DNA from: Candidatus Poribacteria bacterium
GTDB lineage: Bacteria > Poribacteria > WGA-4E > WGA-3G
Direction: 5' to 3'
Assembly (NCBI GenBank): GCA_965214095.1
Contig: OZ243938.1
Location: 256,001 to 320,000 of the forward strand
Length of the DNA: 64,000 nucleotides
The stretch's first letter is position 1. Every line of letters begins with the position of its first letter. This document shows positions 37,543 to 48,077 of this stretch, piece by piece. Below the pieces are notes generated by a model. It made no database searches. It saw only the letters and a list, made by a program, of their open reading frames with translations, and was not told the DNA's origin. Made by a program: the position numbers and the translations under genes.

Positions 37543-40440
37543 TTAATCAATATAGATTAACTCGTTAAAATTCAATGCGAGTAACGCAAATCGAGTAAGT
37601 GCAATTTCTTGGCTCACGTTCTCATGCTGCTGGAGTTCCTGTATGAATTTCAAAGAACGTTCAATCTCAGCTGGTTTGGGTTCACGACATAATACAAGTT
37701 GAAGTCCGAATTGCACACGGTCTTGTTCCGTCATTCCTCCTTCCCAACGCATTCTGTTTGCAAATGCAAGTGCTTGGTCATTGATAAACTTTCCATTGAG
37801 CATCGTAAGCGATTGCGTTGGTACAGTTGTCGAAAAACGAACAGGACATGTCGAATCGGTGTTCGCTTGGTCAAATTGGTTCAGAATTGGTACAAGCAAC
37901 GAACGCTTAACCTTCACATAAACACTACGCCTGTTCGCCTCATCAGGGAGTGACTTTCCCCAAACAGCCCCAGGTCTTGAGGACGTTTCCAACACTTCTT
38001 TCGGTACTTCAGGAAAGACACTCGGTCCTCCCATCTTCAAGTTCAATTTCCCTGTAATCCAAAGCACTGTATCCCGTATTTCCTCCGCAGCCAAGCGGCG
38101 CATATTAAATCGCCAAAAAAGTTCATTGTTTGCATCCTGCTGAATATATTTTGTGTTGCTCTGCGAGGACATACGATATGTGTTGGAAGTCATTATCAAC
38201 TTGTGCATCTTTTTCAATCGCCATCCAGACTCGATAAATTCTGACGCAAGCCAGTCGAGGAGTTCAGGATGTGTCGGTGGTGTTCCTAACTTTCCAAAGT
38301 CGTTTGTTGACCGAATAATCCCGCGTCCGAAGTGGTATTGCCAGATACGATTGACAATTACACGGGCAGTCAATGGGTTCTCTGCACTTGCTATCCATTC
38401 AGCAAAGATGCGACGTTTTCCAGAAGATTTTGCAGCCTGTGGCGTGGATGATATGTCAACTATAGGCGGATTTAGCACTGTAGGAAATGCAGGTTGAACC
38501 TCGCGTCCAACAAGGTGTGGATTACCACGTCGAAGAATGTGTGTTGGTGTCTGCTCACTCTCTGAAATTGTCAAAGCATAATGTTCGTAGGGTATACGCT
38601 GACGACGTTTATCGTCTCGTTGTTTTTTTATCTCGTTATAATTATCCACCAAGGTCTTTAGATGCGCGTTGTTGTTTATACTTTCGGTGTGTGTTTTTAG
38701 TAAATTGTCAAAATTGATTGCCGTGTTTGTTGAAAGGGGTTGTTTCTCAAGGTTTGGTCCTGACCAAAAAACTGCAAGTTGTGGATTATCTAATTCTTTG
38801 TTGAAATACTCAAGACGAAACGACGATTCACCTTGTGGGAGAGTAATTTCTACATCTCGTTCACCAATAAGATCAGCGATTTTAAAACCGTTTAGAATTA
38901 GTCTACACTCACCCTGAAGAATTATGTGAAAAGTATATGTTGCATCTTCTTGAACTTGTAATTTTCCCTCAAAAACTAAGCCAATGTTCTTTTTTCGACT
39001 CGCTGGTGCAAGTGAGATAAGATTGTTGAATAGTTTGCCTTCAGCGGATGGTACAATGACATCAAAATCATTTGGAAACTGATCGTACGTATCACGATAG
39101 AAGCGATATGATAAATCACGAATTGGGGATGTTCCTATGTCTGGTGCTATGGGGTCTGGATGGATTTTTGCGAGTTCAATTTTGATGTTTTCTTTAATCG
39201 GAAAAAGTTTATCTTGAAATCTTTGTTCTGCAAGTCGTTTGTCAGCGAGTTTTCTATTACGGTCAGCCTGTTGTTCTGGTGAACCAATATCGGTAAACGG
39301 TCCACGGTTATGAGGGACAATGTCATGAAAAAACGAGAGAAAACTGTAATAATCTTGCGTTGAAATCGGATCAATTTTATGGTCATGGCAACGCGCACAT
39401 CCAATTGTCATACCAAGCATCACCTGGCCCGTTGTTGAGACAATATCATCAAGATAATCGTACCGAGCGAGTTTACGATCTGCAGGTTCATCATCCCAAA
39501 CGCCAAGTCGATGATAGCCAGTTGCAATGATTGTCTCTGTTGATACGGTATCAAGTTCATCACCTGCCAATTGTTCTTTGATAAATTCATCATAAGGCTT
39601 ATCATTATTAAATGCATTTATGACATAATCTCTGTATCGCCAGACGTATGGTTTGTCTGAATCACGCTCATAACCATTTGTTTCTGCGTACCGAACAAGA
39701 TCCAGCCAATGTCGTCCCCATTTTTCACCATATCGTGGTGACTTCAGCAGTTTATCGATGAGTTTTTCATAAGCGTCAGGTGATGTATTATTTAGAAAAG
39801 CATCTACTGATTCTGGTGAGGGTGGTAATCCAGTGAGATCGTAGTAAAGTCTCCGAATAAGTGTCAGTTTGCTTGCGGGTGGGGCAGGTTTAAAACCTTG
39901 TTCCTCCAATTTTTCCAAAATGAAGGCATCAATTGGATTTCTGATCCAATCCTTAGAATGTACCGATGGTACTTCAGGTCGTTTTACAGGACGATATGCC
40001 CAATAATCAGATTCGGTCTGAAGCTTTAGCTCAGTAACACTTACATTCGCAGGATAGGGAAGTCCAATGTTGATCCATTTTGTTAAAATCTCAAGCGAGG
40101 ATTCGTCTAATTTACCTTCCGGAGGCATTAGGGCAGTATCTTGACCTACACCTATCATCTCTAGCAAGAAACTATCTGTAGGATTTTCTAACGATACAGC
40201 AGGTCCATAATGCCCGCCTTCAAGGATCTTTTCCCGACTCGTTAATTCAAGTCCGCCCTGTACTTCAACATCACCACCATGGCATTGGAAACAGTTTTTC
40301 GTCAGAATTGGCTTTACTTGAGTGTTATAAAATTCAATCTTTTCTTCATCACTCAGTTTATTTGCATAGCCGATATTTATAAAGCTTAACAATACCAAAA
40401 TTACGAGAACACGAAAACAGAAAGAATAGAAAGGTTGCAT
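37543..40440 (-). CDS. Planctomycete cytochrome c / DUF1549 / PA14-like / DUF1553 protein
   Basis: CFQCH, NPIDAFI, GRHWLDLVRYAET, CARCHDHK, NPLTARVIVNRIWQYHFGRG and PTHPELLDWLA motifs. Confidence 0.92.
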   Translation of the reverse strand: MQPFYSFCFRVLVILVLLSFINIGYANKLSDEEKIEFYNTQVKPILTKNCFQCHGGDVEVQGGLELTSREKILEGGHYGPAVSLENPTDSFLLEMIGVGQDTALMPPEGKLDESSLEILTKWINIGLPYPANVSVTELKLQTESDYWAYRPVKRPEVPSVHSKDWIRNPIDAFILEKLEEQGFKPAPPASKLTLIRRLYYDLTGLPPSPESVDAFLNNTSPDAYEKLIDKLLKSPRYGEKWGRHWLDLVRYAETNGYERDSDKPYVWRYRDYVINAFNNDKPYDEFIKEQLAGDELDTVSTETIIATGYHRLGVWDDEPADRKLARYDYLDDIVSTTGQVMLGMTIGCARCHDHKIDPISTQDYYSFLSFFHDIVPHNRGPFTDIGSPEQQADRNRKLADKRLAEQRFQDKLFPIKENIKIELAKIHPDPIAPDIGTSPIRDLSYRFYRDTYDQFPNDFDVIVPSAEGKLFNNLISLAPASRKKNIGLVFEGKLQVQEDATYTFHIILQGECRLILNGFKIADLIGERDVEITLPQGESSFRLEYFNKELDNPQLAVFWSGPNLEKQPLSTNTAINFDNLLKTHTESINNNAHLKTLVDNYNEIKKQRDDKRRQRIPYEHYALTISESEQTPTHILRRGNPHLVGREVQPAFPTVLNPPIVDISSTPQAAKSSGKRRIFAEWIASAENPLTARVIVNRIWQYHFGRGIIRSTNDFGKLGTPPTHPELLDWLASEFIESGWRLKKMHKLIMTSNTYRMSSQSNTKYIQQDANNELFWRFNMRRLAAEEIRDTVLWITGKLNLKMGGPSVFPEVPKEVLETSSRPGAVWGKSLPDEANRRSVYVKVKRSLLVPILNQFDQANTDSTCPVRFSTTVPTQSLTMLNGKFINDQALAFANRMRWEGGMTEQDRVQFGLQLVLCREPKPAEIERSLKFIQELQQHENVSQEIALTRFALLALNFNELIYID

Positions 40441-40590
40441 AGTTGCTCCTTTCGCACTGTGAAATTTACATCAAACACCAATGCTTGAGTATGGCAATAC
40501 CTTATGAATGGCAAAAATTTCATAATCAATTTTACAATAATAACATATTTCAGGAATAGATATCTACAAAAAAATCTGTTTTTAAGTGTC

Positions 40591-41055
40591 TCACTTCTCA
40601 CTTTCTACTTTATTCATTATATATCCGAGATTGATAAAGACTAATTTTGAACAAGTGACTTCATATTTTGCGTTTTCACATAAGAAATAAAAATCCCAAA
40701 AGATATCTTGCTCATACGGTTCGGGAGCAGACATTGTAAGTGCATTGCTAATACCCCAATCTGGTCCTCCCAATCCACTTTCATCTCGTTCATGAATGAT
40801 TTCAAAAGATTTAACATCTATGAATTCAACTTGTACCAATTGGTTATGATCTTTTCCATAAGGGTATGCATTGACAGTGAGAATAATTGTCATATCAGCT
40901 TTACGAATCCCACTTGCTTCACCATTTTCATTGAATCCTTTGTAGTTTTCAAACTTAATGTCGATTCCCTCAACATACCCATCGTGAAAACTATTGAAAT
41001 ATTTTAATGCCTTTTCAACTTCCTCATGAGTCTGTGGTTCAAATCTTTCGTTCAT
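40591..41055 (-). CDS. Hypothetical protein, Imm50-like immunity fold suspected
   Basis: YFNSFHDGYVEGIDI N-terminal motif and C-terminal YEVTC; RBS GGAGG. Confidence 0.55.
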   Translation of the reverse strand: MNERFEPQTHEEVEKALKYFNSFHDGYVEGIDIKFENYKGFNENGEASGIRKADMTIILTVNAYPYGKDHNQLVQVEFIDVKSFEIIHERDESGLGGPDWGISNALTMSAPEPYEQDIFWDFYFLCENAKYEVTCSKLVFINLGYIMNKVESEK

Positions 41056-41267
41056 AATTCACCTCCAAAGTATATCTTATTTTTTAATATTTACATATAT
41101 ACGTTGCGTCGGATGCACTTTTTGATATATGACATCATGATTTATGAATAAATACATAATGTGGGTTTGTAATCTGGATTAAACACCGAACATAAATACA
41201 CGTCATAATATAGTATCAAATCTAACAACTCTCCGCATGAAATTTAATCGCGGAAAGGATTCTTACC

Positions 41268-43034
41268 ATTCGTAGTCTACTTGGTCTGAAAAAATACGTC
41301 AAACGCTATCGTTATCAGATTCTGTTCAGCTTCATTCTTGTGCTGATAACGAATGGACTCTTGTTGATTAGTCCTAAGATATTGCAAGTCTTTATTGATG
41401 AGATGAACGAAGCGATGAATGACACCAACTTGTCAGTCATTGAAGGTCGTACTCTGTTTTTTGCAGTGCTTATATTCGGTGTTGCACTTGTTGGTGGTGT
41501 TTTGCGATTTGCACAACGACGTATCATACAGGGTGTGGCACGACAGACAGAATTCCATCTACGCGCAGACTTTTTCCTCCATCTCCAGAAACTCTCCGCA
41601 ACCTATTACGATAATGTGAGAACAGGTGATTTGATGACTCGGGCAACGAGCGATCTGAATGCTATCCGGATGGTTCTGAGCAGTGCGATTATGTATACTG
41701 CTGATGCAATCGTATTTTTTGGCTTAGCACTGTTCATCATGTTACGGATTGATCCAACGCTGACACTTATTGCTTTGATACCTTATCCTATTCTCGCAAT
41801 AATTATACGTTTACTTGGAAAGCATATTTACACACTATATGAAAAAATTCAAGAAGGTTTTTCAACGATGAATACCAAAGTACAAGAGAATTTGTCCGGT
41901 GTTCGTGTTGTTAAAGCATATACACTTGAAGCAAGTGAGATAGAACATTTCAATGAACTAAATCAAGATTTTGTCAATCGCAATCATAACCAAATTCGAT
42001 TTATGTCCTTCTTCTTTCCACTGTTCAATTTTTTGCCTGGTATCAGTGGTGTAGTGCTTTTATGGTTGGGTGGCATACACGTAATTGAAGGTGTAATCAG
42101 TCTGGGTGAATTTGTAGCATTCTTGGCATATCTAATGATGCTTAGACGACCAATAATCACACTCGGTTTTATAGTTAACACATTTGAACGTGGTGCAGCA
42201 TCTATGGATCGTATGAACGAAATCCTTAATGAAGAACCTGAAATCTATGATGATGACGATAATGTCAAATGGAATGTGAAAAGTATCAATGGAGAAATAA
42301 AAATAAAAGACCTAAATTTTGCTTATTCAGATGGAGTCGATGTGTTAAGAAACGTTAATTTGACGATAGAACAAGGTAAAACACTTGCTATTGTTGGCGG
42401 TACAGGTTCAGGAAAGTCAACACTTGTTAGTCTTATTCCGCGAATTCGTCAAGCTGAACGTGGCTCGATCTTTATTGATGGCATTGATATTCAAGATATA
42501 CCATTAAACGTTCTCCGATCAAATATTGGCTTCGTAGAACAGGAACCTTTTTTGTTTTCAGATTACTTACGGAATAATATCGCCTATGGTGTTGAAGACC
42601 CGAATGATGAAGATATCAGACAAGCAGCACACAATGCTGATCTACTGTCTCAAATTGAGGAATTTCCTGATGGTTTGCGGACGTTTCTCGGTGAACGCGG
42701 GATTACCATTTCAGGTGGACAACGCCAAAGAAGCGCGCTTGCTCGTGCTATTATCATAAAACCTAAGATATTAATTCTTGATGATGCATTTGCAAATGTA
42801 GATACACAAACTGAAGATACAATACTTGAAAGACTTGATGAAATTATGAAAGACAGGACGACCATTATTATTTCTCACCGAATATCCACGGTTAAAGCAG
42901 CAGATCATATCATCGTGTTGAACGATGGGAGTATTGTCGAATCGGGTACACATGACCAGTTGCTTGATCAGAATGGTATTTACGCGGGGATCTATGAAAC
43001 ACAACTCCTACAAGATGAACTTGAAGAACTTTAA
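41268..43034 (+). CDS. ABC exporter, fused TMD-NBD subunit 1
   Basis: TGDLMTR, Walker A GGTGSGKST, ISGGQRQR and degenerate Walker B ILDD. Start inferred at ATT 41268 (the ORF track uses 41340). Confidence 0.9.
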   Translation: MRSLLGLKKYVKRYRYQILFSFILVLITNGLLLISPKILQVFIDEMNEAMNDTNLSVIEGRTLFFAVLIFGVALVGGVLRFAQRRIIQGVARQTEFHLRADFFLHLQKLSATYYDNVRTGDLMTRATSDLNAIRMVLSSAIMYTADAIVFFGLALFIMLRIDPTLTLIALIPYPILAIIIRLLGKHIYTLYEKIQEGFSTMNTKVQENLSGVRVVKAYTLEASEIEHFNELNQDFVNRNHNQIRFMSFFFPLFNFLPGISGVVLLWLGGIHVIEGVISLGEFVAFLAYLMMLRRPIITLGFIVNTFERGAASMDRMNEILNEEPEIYDDDDNVKWNVKSINGEIKIKDLNFAYSDGVDVLRNVNLTIEQGKTLAIVGGTGSGKSTLVSLIPRIRQAERGSIFIDGIDIQDIPLNVLRSNIGFVEQEPFLFSDYLRNNIAYGVEDPNDEDIRQAAHNADLLSQIEEFPDGLRTFLGERGITISGGQRQRSALARAIIIKPKILILDDAFANVDTQTEDTILERLDEIMKDRTTIIISHRISTVKAADHIIVLNDGSIVESGTHDQLLDQNGIYAGIYETQLLQDELEEL

Positions 43035-43048
43035 AGAGGGACACAGAT

Positions 43049-44860
43049 ATGTTTGGTATGGGTAGTAACCTATATGAATATAGCGATGAAGAGGATGATC
43101 TTGGTAAGGTTTATGACCGAGTATTGATGAAACGTCTCATCTCTTACCTCAAACCTTACAAGTTTCAGTTGATCATTATCGCCTTTCTTATGATAGGTAC
43201 GACCCTATCGCGTCTTGTTGGACCTATTCTCCTGCAGATAGGAATTGATGAGTATATTACCCCGGGTGAATTGGATGGTTTGGGTCTAATTGCTGGTTTG
43301 CTTATATTAAGCTTGTTTGGCGAGTTTGTATTTTCATATTTTGAAGAATATCGTATGCAGATGATCGGACAAAACGTGATGCACGATCTTAGGAAGAATC
43401 TCTTTTCACACTTACAACGTTTAGATGTGCAGTATTTTGACAAGAATCCAGTGGGAAGACTGATGACACGTGTGATGGGGGATGTGCAGGTTCTGAATGA
43501 ACTCTTTACTGCGGGGGTCATCACAGTCTTTGGTAATCTGTTGAGTATACTGGGTATAATGGTAGTCATGTTGCTTTATAGCTGGAAAGTTGCACTTGTA
43601 ACGTTCACAGTGATTCCGATTATCTTTTTTGCAACACTTGTCTACCAAATTTATTCGCGTCGAGCTTTTCGTGAACAGCGCAAACAACTTGCACGTATCA
43701 ATGCGTTTTTACAGGAAAATATTGTTGGCATGACAACGATGAAGTTGTTCGCACAAGAAATGCGAAGTTACCATCGGTTTAATGAACGGAATCGAAGATA
43801 TCTCGCAGCAAACCTAAAAAGTATCTTCTATTTTTCTATTTTCCATCCGTTGATTGAAGTGACGGCATCCCTTGCCATCGCAGTGATAATCTGGTATGGT
43901 GGTGGACAGCTTGTTCAGGAGACATTATCCTTTGGTGTGTTAGTTCTATTTATACGTTTGGCGGAACGTTTATTCTGGCCTATTCGTGAGCTGAGTGAAA
44001 AATATACTATCTTTCAAAATGCAATGGCATCATCAGAACGAATATTCCATTTGCTTGACACCGAACCTTCTATTGAATCCACTGTTGACAAAAGTGGTAT
44101 AGAGACATTGAAAGGTGAGATTGAATTTCGGAATGTATGGTTTGCTTACAATGATGAGGATTATGTTCTGAAAGATGTGTCGTTCAAGGTTGCACCGGGA
44201 GAAAAGGTTGCACTTGTGGGACATACTGGGGCAGGAAAAACATCTATCATCAATCTTCTCTGTAGATTCTATGATATCAACAAAGGAGAGATACTTATTG
44301 ATGGTGTGGACATTAGAAAAATGGATCTTGAGGAATTGCGTAAGGCAATCAGCATTGTACAACAAAATATCTTTCTTTTTTCCGATTCAATTGAACATAA
44401 TATTAGTCTCAGAAACGAATCTATCTCATCTCAACAGATTAAGCAATCATCTAAAGATGTACATTTAGACCGATTTGTCCAAAAAATGCCGGACAACTAT
44501 GATACAGAACTTAAAGAGGATGGTGTAGGTTTATCAGTTGGACAAAAGCAGTTAGTTGCTTTTGCACGTGCATTGGCATCTGATCCGAGTGTCCTCATCC
44601 TTGACGAAGCGACCTCAAGTGTTGATACGGAAACTGAAATCTTGATTGAAGATGCACTCGGTCGGTTGATGAAAGATAGGACTTCTGTGGTAATTGCACA
44701 TCGTCTTTCTACGATCCAAAATGCGGATAAAATAATTGTGTTGCATCGAGGTGAAATACGAGAATCTGGATCACACAACGAGTTGTTGCAGAAGAATGGC
44801 ATCTATTATCGTTTATATCAACTGCAATATAAGGGGCAGGAAGGAAAAAAGAAACTGTGA
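43049..44860 (+). CDS. ABC exporter, fused TMD-NBD subunit 2
   Basis: GHTGAGKTS, LSVGQKQ, ILDEATSSVD and IAHRLSTI motifs. Confidence 0.93.
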   Translation: MFGMGSNLYEYSDEEDDLGKVYDRVLMKRLISYLKPYKFQLIIIAFLMIGTTLSRLVGPILLQIGIDEYITPGELDGLGLIAGLLILSLFGEFVFSYFEEYRMQMIGQNVMHDLRKNLFSHLQRLDVQYFDKNPVGRLMTRVMGDVQVLNELFTAGVITVFGNLLSILGIMVVMLLYSWKVALVTFTVIPIIFFATLVYQIYSRRAFREQRKQLARINAFLQENIVGMTTMKLFAQEMRSYHRFNERNRRYLAANLKSIFYFSIFHPLIEVTASLAIAVIIWYGGGQLVQETLSFGVLVLFIRLAERLFWPIRELSEKYTIFQNAMASSERIFHLLDTEPSIESTVDKSGIETLKGEIEFRNVWFAYNDEDYVLKDVSFKVAPGEKVALVGHTGAGKTSIINLLCRFYDINKGEILIDGVDIRKMDLEELRKAISIVQQNIFLFSDSIEHNISLRNESISSQQIKQSSKDVHLDRFVQKMPDNYDTELKEDGVGLSVGQKQLVAFARALASDPSVLILDEATSSVDTETEILIEDALGRLMKDRTSVVIAHRLSTIQNADKIIVLHRGEIRESGSHNELLQKNGIYYRLYQLQYKGQEGKKKL

Positions 44861-44907
44861 AACCAAGAGAAATGGTATAATATTCCAAAGAATTTATACA
44901 TTAACAG

Positions 44908-46131
44908 ATGAAATTGAAACACTTTTTACATACACTTCCAGAAAACATCAAAGACCTCTGTCAGACTGTCTTTCGTCAGTTCAAACGACATAAGTGTCTT
45001 CATCAAGCTTCATCGCTTACATTTACGACATTGCTTAGTCTTGTTCCGCTATCGGCTGTAGCACTTTTTCTATTAAACACCTTTGGTGTAGTAAATAACG
45101 AGAATTCACCATTAATTGCATCATTAAACAATTTTCTCCCCCGGTATGGAGCAGACGAAATTGTCTCAGGGATTACTGACTTTGCCAACAGGAATCTTGC
45201 TGGACTTGGCGTAGGGGGTTTTCTGTTTTTTCTATTAACTTCTACAATGCTATTTATGGCTATTGAAGATCATTTTAATCATATTTGGGGAAGTCGTCGT
45301 TTACCTTTTGTCCGTTCAATTCAGAAATATTTAGTATTCTGTATGCTATTATTGATAGGACCTCTCGTAATCTGGCTTCTTTTTTCTGCTGGAGCCAATG
45401 GTGTCTTTGCAAACATATTTCCATGGATTTCAGTCTACTGTTTGTTTGTACTTATGTATGTCGCATTGCCGAATACAACTGTATATTGGAAAGCTGCTTT
45501 AATTGGTGGATTGGTGGCTGGCAGCCTATTCCAAGTAGCACGTATCGTCTTCGCGAATTATTTTAGAATTGTATGGAGCAATTATAGTGAAATTTACGGA
45601 ACATTTGCATTGCTACTAATATTTGGTATATGGATTTATGCATCCTGGATTGTTGTGCTGTTAGGTGTTGAAGTGACAAACGCAATTCAGCAATTCTTGA
45701 AGTCTAGGGAACCATTCATAAAGATGAGCAATGACAGTAAAGAGTTAATCAATGTTCCAGGTATTATAACGTTATATCTGATTACCGCGGAACATTATTA
45801 TAATGGCAAAGGAGCTTGTTCGACTTCAGAAATAGCTGCAACAGCAAAAGTAACTGAAACTCTTGTACAAAACATCTATGATAGATTCAAAGCTGCAAAT
45901 CTTGTGTATGAAGTAGAAGGAGATACAAAAGGGTTTCTGCCAGCACGCGCATTAGACACTATAACTCTTGATGCTCTGATTGCATGTGTTGATGAAGATC
46001 TGACACAGCATTTTTCTGACGTAATTGATTCCTCACCGGAATTGGTTCAAATGTTTCAAGATATTCAGAACAATCAAGTTGAAACTTTGAAAAATACAAC
46101 TGTCGGTTCTCTATTATCTGATATCGACTAA
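44908..46131 (+). CDS. YihY/BrkB family membrane protein with C-terminal HTH-like domain
   Basis: ASSLTFTTLLSLVP, FNHIW and IYGTFA...WIYASWIVVLLGVE motifs; C-terminal LPARALDTITL. Confidence 0.88.
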   Translation: MKLKHFLHTLPENIKDLCQTVFRQFKRHKCLHQASSLTFTTLLSLVPLSAVALFLLNTFGVVNNENSPLIASLNNFLPRYGADEIVSGITDFANRNLAGLGVGGFLFFLLTSTMLFMAIEDHFNHIWGSRRLPFVRSIQKYLVFCMLLLIGPLVIWLLFSAGANGVFANIFPWISVYCLFVLMYVALPNTTVYWKAALIGGLVAGSLFQVARIVFANYFRIVWSNYSEIYGTFALLLIFGIWIYASWIVVLLGVEVTNAIQQFLKSREPFIKMSNDSKELINVPGIITLYLITAEHYYNGKGACSTSEIAATAKVTETLVQNIYDRFKAANLVYEVEGDTKGFLPARALDTITLDALIACVDEDLTQHFSDVIDSSPELVQMFQDIQNNQVETLKNTTVGSLLSDID

Positions 46132-46151
46132 ATTCGTGTTAGCCAATGGCA

Positions 46152-48077
46152 TCAATGCCAGACTATATAAGTTGGCATTTTCATCACCAACCCAATGAGA
46201 CTCCAAACGCACCCAAGCGTATAATCACCTAAAATCAACCCCAAAAAGAATGGGACTGCTTGCCGATATAGTTTAACCCCGCCTATCTTCAAGACCGTTG
46301 CTTTTGCTAACCAACTAAGAAAGATTGGAAACCACAATCGTCCCATCCCTGTGCCACTGACTAACACATAACCACCGGGATGAAGAGGCCACCACAAGAA
46401 CTTAATCTTCATCACCATTAGGAAAATCGTAAATATGAAGCTGCTACCGATAACACTAAGTTCGGGTACTGCTGTCTCACGTGGACTGACAAGCCAAGTC
46501 TGTAACCGATTGAATGTCTCCCAACCCATATAAACGATCCATCCGCGTGCCTTGCTTCCTGCTCCCATATCGTATAATACATGGAGATATGCCCAGAACG
46601 TTATCAAAATGCCGAAGACAATCGCAAGTATCATGCCGATGAGTAGTTGACGGTATCCGATTTGACTGCGTTCAGCCAGTCGAAATGCTTCTAATTCACT
46701 TGGTGTTGGATGTGCGCGAAAACATCGCACAAAAGGATACAGAAATGTTAATCCGGTTAGATTTCCCAAACCTAAACGACGTGTTCCTAACCCCAAAACC
46801 ATCGTCCTTGCCGGATCTACAAGGATAAGTTGATGCAGTGGTGGACCAATTTCAGCACGGATTCGAGTAATACCCAATATCATTGGGAAGTATAGTATGA
46901 AAAACAGCCCAATTGCCCAGAGTGCCATCCCCATTTGAAAACAGAAGAAGAACAGAAACAGTATCCCAACGCCAAAGAGTATTGCTGCAGTTCTGTAACG
47001 CATCGGTTCTCCAGAATCATCTGGTGGGGATAGTCCTTGACGTTGGGTTATACCAAATATCTTACGAATAATTCGTCCATAATGTCGTCTACCCATCCAT
47101 AGAGGGATACATCCAAATGCAATCCATGCACCTGTTTGCTGTTCCAAATTATAGATGTTTCGCGCACCGAACATATCCGTTACTATTAGTTGGATACGGG
47201 TGAGAACCCAAAAGAACCAACAAGAAAACGAAAGATCGAGTGGGGTAAAGAACATCAAACCTATGCTGAATGGATAGAATGAAATGTTAATAGGTCCCAT
47301 TGCACTCCACGGTTTTGATGTGAATTGCCCGAGGTGTTTGTTCCTTATTGGAAGAGAGGGTATTTCTGGAAAGAGAAAACTCAATCCGTTCAATAATTCC
47401 ACACTGCCTGCAATTGCGAATCCCAACCACATCCAAGGTGACTTAAAGAATCTTTTTGGGTTGCTGGTTAGTGCCAATGGGAGCTGTACAATGGGATAGT
47501 TCAAACGTTCATTTTCTGTCCACTGCTTTCGAAGAAAGATGGTTACTGCTAACAGTGTCAACCATAATGCTATAACAAAGCTTGACCACGCGAGTACTGG
47601 CGTTATCCAAGCATTAAAGACCGCGGGGTTATATAGGGAAGAATCTCCATTGTAGAATCCATCCAGGACTTTTGGACTTTTAACTGCAATCCAATCAGGT
47701 ATGTTATTTCCAAAAAGGGATAACCATTCATTTTCAGGTGTCGCAAACTGAAAAGTGTGGGCAAGGACAGGAATGAGATATCCCATCATCGTATGTCCAC
47801 TAAGCGTTGTCACCATCACCACCATTACATATATCGTTTGTAAATCAGCTTGTGACATTGCGAGACGTGGTAAGAAACGTTGAAATAACAAGTTTAGAAG
47901 GACAAAAACAAGGAGGGTGAAAACAGCATTGAAGAACAGTGATGCGATAGTCAACTGTGTGGAATGCCACACCTCTGTTCCCATCAGACACCAGTAACTA
48001 TTGAAGGCGACAAGGATTAAACCAATTAGTAAGATATGTGGCTTAACACGGTTCTGCTTTCCATTAGTCATTAGCAC
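46152..48077 (-). CDS. Polytopic membrane protein (DUF6785/DUF6784, OPT-like transporter family)
   Basis: Many TM helices; LRKQWTENERLNYPI, WWPLHPGGY and PFFLGLILGD motifs. Confidence 0.7.
   Translation of the reverse strand: MLMTNGKQNRVKPHILLIGLILVAFNSYWCLMGTEVWHSTQLTIASLFFNAVFTLLVFVLLNLLFQRFLPRLAMSQADLQTIYVMVVMVTTLSGHTMMGYLIPVLAHTFQFATPENEWLSLFGNNIPDWIAVKSPKVLDGFYNGDSSLYNPAVFNAWITPVLAWSSFVIALWLTLLAVTIFLRKQWTENERLNYPIVQLPLALTSNPKRFFKSPWMWLGFAIAGSVELLNGLSFLFPEIPSLPIRNKHLGQFTSKPWSAMGPINISFYPFSIGLMFFTPLDLSFSCWFFWVLTRIQLIVTDMFGARNIYNLEQQTGAWIAFGCIPLWMGRRHYGRIIRKIFGITQRQGLSPPDDSGEPMRYRTAAILFGVGILFLFFFCFQMGMALWAIGLFFILYFPMILGITRIRAEIGPPLHQLILVDPARTMVLGLGTRRLGLGNLTGLTFLYPFVRCFRAHPTPSELEAFRLAERSQIGYRQLLIGMILAIVFGILITFWAYLHVLYDMGAGSKARGWIVYMGWETFNRLQTWLVSPRETAVPELSVIGSSFIFTIFLMVMKIKFLWWPLHPGGYVLVSGTGMGRLWFPIFLSWLAKATVLKIGGVKLYRQAVPFFLGLILGDYTLGCVWSLIGLVMKMPTYIVWH

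Noticed and set aside
35865-40440. DUF1553/DUF1501 pair as a novel system
   Set aside because: It is a well-known, highly expanded gene pair in PVC-type genomes, although its function is unresolved.
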